Positions 22,801 to 34,800 of a stretch of 64,000 nucleotides of DNA are shown here, piece by piece. Every line of letters begins with the position of its first letter. The first letter of the stretch is position 1. The DNA lies in the NCBI GenBank assembly GCA_048128005.1, contig JBEUKZ010000032.1, forward strand, positions 124,001 through 188,000, written 5' to 3'. Origin of the DNA: Veleropilina oligotropha. Taxonomy: Eukaryota. The notes below the pieces were generated by a model that was not told the DNA's origin, did no database searches, and was given only the letters and a program-made list of their open reading frames with translations. Made by a program: the position numbers and the translations under genes.

Positions 22801-25800
22801 ATAAGTGATGGTATTGATTGATTTGTGGTAATGAGTACCCATGACAGGCAATTCACAGGTCATAAAGCCAAAAGCCAATCGGGATATTTGTTATCTGACT
22901 TGCTGTTTCTCTGGTGTACAATGTTCAGCTATATTGAAGACAATGCTGACCACAGATCTTTTGTACTCTAGATGTTGGCTTGACATGAAGTTGACATATT
23001 TGACTGTGTACGTTGGTTAACGATAAACAAGGATCTTCATGCTTTTGCAGAAGGATTTATGTGTCCGAGAATGTGAGTTTACTATCTACTTCTCCCTTGA
23101 TCATAAATTTTGATGATAAGACCCGACTGCTAAAATGACTGGTGAACTCGTCCACTACAAACATGGTTCTGTATATGAACCAAACTTTGGGCAGGCTTGA
23201 AGTTAGACCAAACCAAGTTGTTTATCCGTTCAATGTAGACTAAGAGTATGACCACAGTCAGTGATATTGTTGAGCCGGTCGTCGTATCTCATCTCTGGGC
23301 TCCTCCAGTAACCTTGAGGTTTCAAGTGTCGATTATGAAGTCACAGGCTTGATTGCTCTGTCTACCAGGAGTGCGATCTACCCTTGGTTGGGGCAATGAC
23401 ATTCTTTGTTCAGTTATCAATCACAGTTGCACATAACTGGTCGAGGGGGCGGATTTTCACGAGCGTTCAGGCTTTCCTACCACAACAACATGGATAAGTC
23501 ATGGTTTGAACCCGAAGGTTGTAAATAAACAGAACTTCGATTCAAACGGACCAACCCTCTTCAGGCCCAGTTGAAGCTAATTAGTTTTGGTCCGGCAGCA
23601 GCAACTTTTCCAATGTAATATTTTTCCAATGACAATTAACAGAGTGAAACCCGCTCTCAAGCAATCTGAGAAGTCAAATGCGACATTTCTTATGAACATT
23701 TAAAAAACATTTTCACCACTCTGTACAAATGAATTTTTGTTTTTATCACATATTAAAGGTAGTGCCGAACATTGGTACGACTCTCAATGTTGTCTCATCA
23801 CTCATCACTGTAGAAGTCGCCACGATGGATATGCAAGCTCTTCCGATGAATACTATATTAGTAGCAATATACTCTACGTCATTACCAATGCCATAATATC
23901 GCTAAACCGGAAACTGTGAAAAAGCGTTTCACTTTCTATTAAATTTACACGCTTACCCCCCCTGCTCACCTCTCCTGCGTTCCTCTCACGAGATCTGCCC
24001 AAGTCTCGCGAGACCTCAGAGACCAAGACAGAGCTAATCTCATTTTTAAGTCATCCGTCACCCTGTCCGGACGTGCTTAGAGTCTAGTTAAAAATAGACG
24101 ATTAATAAGTTACTTTAAAACAGTTTCTTTCGCACAATATTGTGCCGTTCATAATTAATTATGATCTGAAGAAGCATTGTAACTGTGTATTGAGTATTCG
24201 GCTCGAATTATCAAATTTAAAAGTTGTGTGATTCTGGCCACGAGTTTTTCGGCCCGCCATCTTGGATATTACAAAGTGAAAATCTAAAGAGGGCCGCTCA
24301 GGAGGGAAGGTTCTTCAAGCGGGAAAGCTTCGCATAGGCGAATCCTTTCAAAGGAAGAAGTGTTTGGTTTTCTAATATTGCTTGAAATTACTATGTAATT
24401 CATATATGTATTAGATAATTCCTTAGCGGCGTATCTTGCTTAAATTCTTCGTAACTTTGTTCAATCGAATTTAGCGTCGCTAACAAGGCAGATATTTAGG
24501 TATTAACGTGCGTTATTTAGCCTATCTGCCGAATCTGGGATATTTCGCCAAAGCTCTAACCTATTGAAATCAACATCCACGAGGTTTTCAGGTGTTTAAA
24601 GGCGGCTGTTTCTATATATAGCCTCCTACTATCTATATATATCCGCCTGCATTCAATTTGTTAGTGTCCGACAAGCCGTTTTAATAAAGCTTGTACGTCG
24701 GGCTTGGTTTATATTCTAGTCGGGTTACTTGTCTGTACTTCGGTTGCTACGCAATCCGAGGTGTGATTCATAACAATTTAGGGTTGATATCCGGTCTTTT
24801 CCTATATACTTCGGATTAGAGACCCCTATATAAGGTGTAGTAGTTAAACAACACGTGAAGCGTACTACCCGGATATCCCTTAATTCCCGGTTTCCCACTA
24901 CCTTTCCTACCCGTGTAATCAGCCATGGTCCATTGCAGTGAGCCTGAGTGTAACCAAAAGTTACACAGCTTCGACAAGCATTCGGTATGTCGCATACACC
25001 GTAGTTGTGCTAAGAAATACCCTTGTGCTAAATGTCTAATTTTAACGGATCGGCACCAGAGAAGGCTACCAGGGAGTCCGTCTCTGTTGGGCTTCCCCCG
25101 GAGAAACAGACGACGGGTAAGTCAGGGATAATTTCTGATTCGTCTGTTTCAGGGACGCGAGGCGACCAGCGAACTGGGGCATTGCAGGTTGCAGGACCCG
25201 CCGACGACACCGCTACGGTTTTGGGGAAAACCGTGGGAACTTCGCCGGCGTCCCAGGTTCAAGACAAGGTAAGAGGAGCCCGAGTGCAGTCCGTTTCTCC
25301 TCGAACCACGGGCCTAGTAGCTGCGTCCAATAGTGCCATGCCGGCTAGCATGGTACACCGGACCTTACAGCGAACAGCTGAGCAGGGCAGGCTGTCCCCT
25401 TCCTCTTTTCCGGCCTCGGAAGAGCAGGGGACGGCTAGTCCTTCTGCCATAAGCGGTATGTCGAGCGGCATACTGCTGACAGCAGAGCAAGTTGGAACAG
25501 TTGCCGGACACCACCAAGGTGGTTTAAGATCCGGACCACCAACGACACCCGACTCACTGGCCGATGGTGCGACCGACCCTCCCCAGGGTTCGTCCTTACA
25601 CCTCGGAGCTCCCAGTCTTGTCGGAGGGCCCGCCGACTCCCCTGTCCCCCTTGGGTACAGACTAGTTGGCGCGGACGGACCGGCTGCGTTCGGGATGGGT
25701 ATGTACGCGGGAGCTTCCCCCGTCTACCCCCTGAACAGAGCGGCGACCTCCACGGGACTGTGGCCGCAGTCTTTCGGAGGTCGAGCTCCGGTTAACACGC

Positions 25801-28800
25801 CTTTTGGCCCGTTCTCCGGGAGTAACCGCTCGTCAGGTGATGCGAGACCCTGGTACTCGTATCAATCTGGCCCAGCAGCCCGTCTACCATGTGCCACGAT
25901 GTCCTCGAGCGATCCACTGGCTGTTGGATCGACGCCCGTCTTGCCTGTTGGTCTCTCTATGGAGAGCGTCCAGGCGATGATTGCGGCGGAATTCGAGACC
26001 CGCAGTAGGGCCTGGCTTCCGGCTGTTCAGCCGCCCCAGGTCTCTGCTCCTCTGCTCGTGGCCCAGAGCACGGCTCCTGCCTCGGTGATGGAGGTCGACC
26101 CTCGTTCCGACGAGGACGTCCCCTCCGATCGCTCCGATCTTCTTGAATCGGTCGGTCCCGATGACTCTCGTAGTCAATCAGGCTTGCAGGAGCCGATCTC
26201 CGCCACCCGCCGAAGATACGACGCTGTCGCGTCGCTTCGCGGGGTGCTAGATCTACCCGACCCGGCCCGGCCGGTAGGTACGTTCAAGCACAGGACGGCA
26301 GCACACCGTTTTGCTGAGTCGGAGGCTCCCCAGCTTCCCGTACTCCCCCAGTCTGGCTTGGTGGATCTGGTTCTGGATCAGACCACCCGGGCCATTCAGG
26401 GAGGCAAGACAGTGGAGACGTCTTCTCTCACGGAGTTCCCTCGGGGCCCCCGTCGAGGAAGATACCTCCGGCCCAGTACGCGATCGTTGCCGATCGCTCT
26501 TTCTGAGCCGTGCCTGGTGGCTGAGCCAGCACAGATTGACATAGCGATGCGTCGTCTGTCTGCCAGTCAAGCTCCCTCGGTAGCGAAGGTACCATGGGCC
26601 GCCATGGATGCCTTCGAGAGCTCTGCCCGACGAGCTCTGCGGCTGTCGTCTGTACAGGACTCGTTCCTGGACGGTGCGATAGCCGTTCTACAGGAGGACG
26701 GACCCGGCGCTCGCGAGACCGCCCTGTCTTTCCTCCACGAGGTTGCTTCCGCCACGGAGAGCAACGCGTTGGAGTCCGCGCGTGTCTTGGGCAATGCGCT
26801 CCTACTTCGTAGGGACGCCTGCCTCGAGGGCACATCGTTAGACGACGCCACCCGGCGTTCTCTGCGATGTGTGCCCTTGTCGGCCCCGACTCTCTTCGGA
26901 GGCGAGTTCACCGAATTCGTCGACAAGAGAGCCGTCGAGCTGAAAGATCGTGCGATTGAGCGCGCAGTATTGACTACCCCTCGGGGTACTCAACCTGCCC
27001 CCTCAAGGAAGCGTTCGGCCCCGACTCGGGGCGCGAAAGCTTCCAAGCGTGCCAGACCTTCTCGGGGTGGACCTCCGGCCTGGAAATCCAGCGAGAAAAA
27101 AGGCCCTCCAACTAAATCCCGTCAGAGCGGGAGAGGGAAGCCGTCACGGCCCTAGGGTTGCCGGCACTCGCGACGTGCTCAGCTGCGCGCTCCCGCCGGT
27201 GGGAGCGTGCCTGTTAGGCTACAGCCAGACGTGGCTAGAGCTGACAGACAGCAGCTGGGTCCACTCAGTCGTGAGTGCGGGATACAACTTGAGTTTCAAC
27301 CGGCATCCAACCCTATCCGTGACACCACCACCAAGACACGCTCGCCTCCTTCAAGGAGAGAAGCAAGCGGTCTTAGACCAGGCAGTGCGGGACTTACTCC
27401 TAAAAGGAGCTATCTATCCCGCGCCGCCCAGCACACCAGGATTTTACAGCCATTTCTTCCTGGTCCCGAAACCCGATGGCCGCTGGAGACCGATCCTCGA
27501 TCTCTCGCACCTCAACCGCTATTTGCGTACCGAGAAGTTCCAGCAAGAAACACTCTCGAAGATACGAGCGGCCATCCGTCCGGGAGACTGGGCAGCGTCT
27601 ATCGACCTGACAGATGCGTACTTACACGTTCCGATGCATGTCTCGGCTCATCAGTACCTCAGGTTTATCCACGGGGATACGATCTACCAATTCAGGTGTC
27701 TACCGTTCGGTCTATCGTCAGCCCCCTACGTCTTCACGCGGGTAGTACAGGCTCTCGGGGCCTTCCTACACTCGCTAGGGCACAGAGTACACATGTACCT
27801 CGACGACTGGTTGATTCTCGGGGCGTCCCGGGATCAGTGCCTCCAGTCTATGAGCGTTACCCTGTCATCGGCGAAGCGCCTAGGATTACAGATCAACAAC
27901 GAGAAATCCTGCTTCGTGCCCTCGACGACGTTTACGTTCCTCGGGGTCGTCTTCGACACGGTCCGGTACACCGCGAAGCCGACCGAGAAACGTATCGTGA
28001 ACCTACGCGCAGTTATCCAGGACACAAGGTCATCGGGGATAGCCACGGCGCGACAACTGGCCACTGTCCTGGGGCACATCGAGTCGGTAGCGCCCCTGCT
28101 ACCGACAGGACGAATGGACAAACGACCGTTACAGCAGGCCTTCAGGGACCGCTGGGTGCAATGGACGGGACAGTGGACGGATCGTATAGATCTTCGGCAT
28201 TGGTTCAATCACTCGACAGCAGTGTGGCTGAACCCTGCATTGCCGAGCCAGTCGGTTCCCATTTCCCCGCCAGAACCGAACGCCTTCCTATACACGGACG
28301 CTTCGAACGAGGGCTGGGGAGGTCACCTCGACAGTTACGAGACATCGGGCCTTTGGCCGACGGACCTGCAGGGACGACACATAAACTATCTAGAACTAGA
28401 AGCGGTCTACCTGACAGTACGGTCCCTCTCGTCACATCTCCGCAACAAGCACATACTGCTCGCCACGGACAACACGACTGTCGTCGCATACGTTCAACAC
28501 CAGGGCGGCACTCGCTCGCGTCCCCTGTGCGACCGAGCAATCGACCTACACCGCTTAGTGATGTCCCTCAACTCGACGATACGAGCACGACACATCCCGG
28601 GAATATTGAACGTCCGAGCGGACTCGCTCTCTCGGAAATCGCAGATAATACACACAGAGTGGACGCTACACAGCCCGGTAGCTCGGGAAATTTGTCGCCG
28701 GTGGTCACAACCCCTAGTCGATCTGTTTGCAACAGAGTTCAATCACCGACTCCCTCTGTATGTCTCCCCGTACCCGGACCCGGCCGCCCTAGCGGTCGAC

Positions 28801-31800
28801 GCGCTGTCAATGCCATGGGAGAATCTGATCGCGTACGCCTTTCCCCCGTCGTCCATACTACGACTTGTATTACAGAAGGCATCGCGAGACCGCTGCGAGA
28901 TAACGCTAATAGCACCTCTAAATCGCACGCAGTCTTGGTTTCCGACACTTCTCGATCTCATCGTCGATCGACCGCTTGCGCTACCGCAAAGGCCGGACCT
29001 GCTAATGCAACCGCGCTCACGGGTGTTACACCCATCGTCGAACGAACTTCGTTTACACGCATGGCGGTTATCGAACGATCGCTTGTTGAGAAAGGATTTT
29101 CTCGCGCAACAGCCCTCCGCATTTACCGATCGCGAAGACAATCTAAAGTCTATGACTACCGATGGGTCAAATATGTGGATTGGTGTCACAGGCGGGAAGT
29201 TAATATACTCCGTCCCCCTGTGAACAAATTTATCGAGTTCATTACGTCGTTATTCGAACGAGGACTTTCTGTCTCGGCCGTCAAAGGTTATCGGGCCTCG
29301 ATCTCGACTACGCTCAAGCAATGTCGTTCCCGAATTGACTTATCGTCAGACCGTACTATTTCTGATTTAATCAGGTCCTACGAACTCGAAAGACCGATTT
29401 GTTTGGCGCGGCCGCCTGCCTGGAATATCATCCTTATCCTTAATGCTCTGCTAGAAAGTCCATTTGAGCCGTTACGTAATGCTTCCATACGTAACCTTAC
29501 CTACAAAACCGTATTTCTAATTGCGTTTGAGTCGGGCAAAAGGGTTTCTGAGATACAAAGCTTCTCAGCAGAGCTCCGAGATATTAGATTCCAGTCTGAC
29601 GGATCGGTCATTTTACGTCCTATATTAGGATTTATTGCTAAAAACCAGCGGCCAGGCGATATTGCTCCGGAGGTCGTTATTCCTACGCTTTCTATTGTCG
29701 GTAGAAACGATATCGACCGACTTAACTGCCCGGTGCGCGCGCTTCGATATTATCTGGACCGAACACGTGACTTCCGACGAGGCAAAAAACGCTTGTTTAT
29801 TTCGTATTTGCCCAATTTCACCCGCGATGTATCGAAGAATACTATCTCGAGATGGATTTGTCGAACGGTTCAGCAGATACTCCAGTTCCAACGAAGCTGA
29901 CCGCAACTTGATTGCTGTCCGTGCCCATGAAACGAGAGCGATATCGACGAGTCTGGCATTTAGACATTGTCTAAATATTACCTCCCTGCTACAGGCAGGG
30001 TATTGGAGAAACCCGAATGTGTTTGTAAAACATTATTTACGCGATTTCTCGACTGGTGCGGATGGTTTGTCAAGTGTTCAATGTGTTGCTGCGCAACACT
30101 GCATTACCAGGACATCCAGGTCAAATATACGGTGACAGGTATTGTAAATACTTAATTGGTAATTATACAGTCACTCCGCATTTATGTGCAACTCTATTGT
30201 GTAGCTTGCTAACAATTAGGGTTGTTTTCATTGTGTTGTCTGCAGTCCAATATTTCTATTTATGGACTGAGAATAAATTGTCAGATCTGAGTTCACATGA
30301 CACATGCCACTCACATTGAAATTAGACATTTATAATGCTAAATCTTAAAAGGGTTTTAGATTTTGATATTATTGAAGTTCATTTGCTGTTATGAGCTTAC
30401 GGTGTTGCGACATTGAAAAAATTTAATATCATTCAATCTTTAAACATTTTCTTTAAGTAACATGGGGACATGTTTGCATTTCGCTATTTGGTCAAGCGAA
30501 TTTATTATTAATATGGAATATAATATGTACGTGTATATATTACTTACATCTATTAATAATTGCATAACTAGTTACATTCACAACCTTTCAGGTGCTGTAT
30601 GTTTGTCGCAAGTTGACTGCATCTTTTGGTTACCGGCCTCGACGCCCAGGGTTTACTAAAAGCTGTTTCGGTCCATGACATCTAAGTCCTACAGGATTTA
30701 TCCTCCGGCCTTGCCTGGGGCTGATTGCACTTTCGCGTCACCTTGTCCGACTAACACCTCTGGCGTTTTTTCCCAGCTTCATTGGTCAAAATTCAGTCGG
30801 GGTAAGGGTAGAATTGTAATACTCAGTAATTCCATCCTGAGCGGACGCGAGTCGGCGCTACTAGCTGTCTCCATGGTGACAAGTAAGTAACTTGTTTGGG
30901 TATTAATTTCGTTAGAACTTAGCCCACCTCCAAAGTTATTCTGGCATTGGTAATGACGTAGAGTATATTGCTACTAATAAGAGGTTTTTAGGTAAACCTA
31001 GTATTAGTTAGAATATACTTACGTCATTACATGTCTACCCACCCTGCTCATGGCATTCGCTTCCAACCCCTCTTGCTAAGTTCCTCTACGCACTGTAGAT
31101 TCCTCTGACTTAAAAATGAGATTAGCTCTGTCTTGGTCTCTGAGGTCTCGCGAGACTTGGGCAGATCTCGTGAGAGGAACGCAGGAGAGGTGAGCAGGGG
31201 GGGTAAGCGTGTAAATTTAATAGAAAGTGAAACGCTTTTTCACAGTTTCCGGGTTAGCGATAATATGGCTATTATGGCATTGGTAATGACGTAAGTATAT
31301 TCTAACTAATACTAGGTTTACCTAAAAACCTCTTATATGTAAGCTACTCAGTGGATATATTATAGGATTCACGTCAACAGAAGTCAATAATTTTATAAGA
31401 ATACTTTAATTTAAGCCAAAATCTTTAAAATGATTTTAAAATGAGGATTAAGAGTAATCCCTTGTATCTACAATAATATACTTACGTCCTTACTAATGCC
31501 ATAATAAGCCTATTATCGCTAAATCCGGACAAGGTGGAAATGGTAATTTCGCACTTTTTAGTAAATTGAACCCAGCTGACCCAGTGACCTGCTCGACCTC
31601 CCCCAGTTCATGTCTATTAAGAGCTCGCCAACTCCCGCGAGATCCTCGTGACCCAAGGGTCAAGACCTCATCCGAAGTTTATGCAAACCCCAAGACAAAG
31701 AACTTATATAAGAGGGGAGGTGCGAAGCAGGGTGGGCCAAGTGGGTAAGGACGTAAGTATATTATTATAGATACAAGGGATTACTCTTAATCCTCATATC

Positions 31801-34800
31801 TATATCAAATATGCCAAGAATAACTTTGGTTGGCGGAGTAATAAGTTCCATACACCAAAATTAAAACTTACTTGTTACCAGAAGACGACGCTGTAGCGTT
31901 GAGATCGAGTCCGTTCAGAGTGGATTTTACTGAGCATCAAATCTACCCTTACCCCGAGGTGAGATTTCGACCAAGAAATCTGGGAAAACACGCCAGGGAT
32001 GTTAGTCGGACAGGTAACACGAAAGTGCATGTAGCTCCGGACACCGGCGGAAGGTATACCTTGAGGCACTCGTGTCATGAGCAAAGACAGTGATCTGAAT
32101 ATTCCGGACTCAAAGGTCGGCAGACAGAAAACTGCAAGACGTGGTTTTTAGAAGCACCCGAACCTAGGCAGGTAGATAGTGTTATAAAACCGTGACAATT
32201 ATCAATAGATTGAAGAAAATTTCAATAACTTCATCTTGAATAATAAATTTTTCCAAGTCTAACTTGCAAAATGTCAACATGATACATGTTACTTAAATAA
32301 TTTTAAGTAGAGAATAATATTAAAATTTCTCAATGTACGCACATTGAAATGTTCTGCGACAGCAAAGAGAACATTTTAAGAAATAATATTATTTACAAAA
32401 AACATTTTTAAGCTTTAATAATATAAATGTCTACATCCAATGTGGGCATTGCTTCATATTAACTCAGTATGAATAAATAAATTCAATTTCTTAATCAGTT
32501 TAAGAAAGAAATACATTGGAGTAAATTCTAATGGTGATTTCAATGTACACAAATAGAATTACATTATATTACCTCAGTGTCTGGTAAAATTCCTAAAACC
32601 AATCACTGTCGGGATGACCCAGATCCCGTGATACATTGTTGTCCTGCCGCCACAAAGGAAATCCGATGTTCACCCTCAGCCGTGGTCGCATAATCATGCA
32701 GGTAAAAGCGAACAAAGGTATTTGCGTTCTTCCAGTAACAAGCCTTCAAGATTTCATTGATATTCAAATTATATTTGAAAGCAAGCGAAGTGGCAACTGC
32801 ACGTGTCTCGTGCGCGTGAATTGAAACGAAATCTCGTTCTGGCTCATTGGACCGAGAGTAAATCTCTTTAACAACAGAGACTATCCAACGTGAAACAGTC
32901 GATTTGCGAATGTCGCGGTGGAATTGAGGCATATGGCTAACGAATAAACGCTTTTTACCGTGCCGTAGGTCTCGGGTCTTATCCAGGTAGAATCTCAACG
33001 CGCGGACCGGGCAGTTGAGGCGGTCGATATCATTTCTATCCAGCATGGAGAGGTTACGGATACAAACCTCGGGACTGATATCATCAGGTCGTTGTGTCTT
33101 CGCTAGGAAGCCAAGGACAGTATGCAGCGTCACCGACCCATTGGTGTGGAAGTGTATGTCTCGAAGCTCTCCGGATAAAGCGTGTATCTCCGATGCCCTG
33201 TTACCGGTGGCGAGCGCGGTAAGAAATACGGTCTTATAAGTAAGATTTTTGAGGGAAGAATCACTCATAGGCTCGTACGGGCATCTAAGTAAAGCATTGA
33301 GAACTAACAAAACATTCCAAGCGGGCGGTCGCACCCGCTGAATGGGCCGTTCGAGTTGATAGGAGCGTATGAAGTCCGATATAGTTTTGTCGGTAGACAA
33401 GCGGGTGTGCTCGCGGCATTGCCGTAACGTTGTAGCTACGCATGAACGGTAGCCTTTGACTGCGGAAATTGACATTCCCCGTTCTAGCAACGACGATAAG
33501 AACTCGATAAATTTTGTCACAGGGGGGCGGAATATATTGACTTGCCGCCCGCGACACCAATCCACAAACTTTTTCCATCGGTAGTCATATACCCTTGTTG
33601 TAGATTGTCTTCTAGATCGGTAAATGCGCTGGGCTGTCGCTCTAGAAAAGCCTTTCTTAATGAGCGATCTCTCGATAGTCGCCAGGCGTGAAAGCGAAAC
33701 TCGTTCGCCGACGGGTGTAGAACCCGACTGCGCGGTTGAGACAACAGGTCTGCCATCTGCGGCAGCGCTCGCGGCTGATCGATGAGTAGATCCAGAAGTG
33801 TCGGAAACCAGGACTGCGTTCGTTGTAGAGGTGCTATTAGCGTCAACTCGCAGTCTTCGCGGGTCGCTTTCCGTAGTACTTGTGCCAACATGCACGACGG
33901 TGGGAAGGCGTAGGCGATCAGATTCTCCCATCTCATTGACAGAGCGTCGACCGCTATAGCGGCCGGGTCTGGGTAAGGAGACACATAGAGAGGGAGTCGG
34001 TGATTGTATTCGGTCGCGAATAGATCGACTTGAGGCGTCGACCACAGGCGACAGACATCTCGGGCTACACGGGCATGTAGCGTCCACTCTGTGTGTATAA
34101 TCTGTGTTTTCCGAGAGAGCGTATCCGCTCTGACATTCAGCTTCCCCGGGATGTGTCGGGCTCGAATTGACGAGTTGAGTGACATCACTAGGCGGTGTAG
34201 GTCGATCGCTCGGTCGCAAATCGGACGGGAGCGAGTGCCGCCCTGGTGCTGGATGTAAGCGACGACAGTCGTGTTGTCCGTTGCTAGCATTATGTGCTTG
34301 TTTCGGAGATGTGACGAGAGGGACTGTACTGACAGGAAGACGGCTTCTAACTCTAGGAAGTTGATGTGTCGTCCCTGAAGGTCCGTAGGCCAGAGGCCCG
34401 ATGTCTCGTGACTGTCGAGGTGCCCTCCCCAGCCCTCGTTTGACGCGTCCGTGAAGAGGTAGGCGTTCGGTTCTGGGGGGGATATTGGAACCGACTGGCT
34501 CGGCAGGGTAGTGTTCAACCACACTGCTGTCGTGCGATTGAACCAATGCAGTAGATCGATGCGATCCGTCCACTGTCCCGTACGTTGTATCCAGCGGTCC
34601 TTGAAGGCCTGCTGCAACGGTCGTTTGTCCATGCGACCCGTCGGTAACAGGGGAGCTACCGACTCGATGTGCCCTAGGACAGTGGCCAGTCGTCGCGCTG
34701 TAGTTATCCGTGAAGACTGTGTTTCCAGTATAACTGCGCGTAGGTTCTCTATACGTTTCTGAGTCGGTTTCGCGGTGTACCGGACCGTGTCGAATTCGAC

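Larger units (their letters stand above)
23856..31336 (+). mobile_element. Full-length DIRS retrotransposon A (ITRs 23856-24053 and 31105-31336, ICR 30942-31030)
   Basis: ~200-bp inverted termini; internal complementary region matching both outer ends; gag, RT-RNaseH-MT and YR ORFs; TAT at both junctions. Confidence 0.95.
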
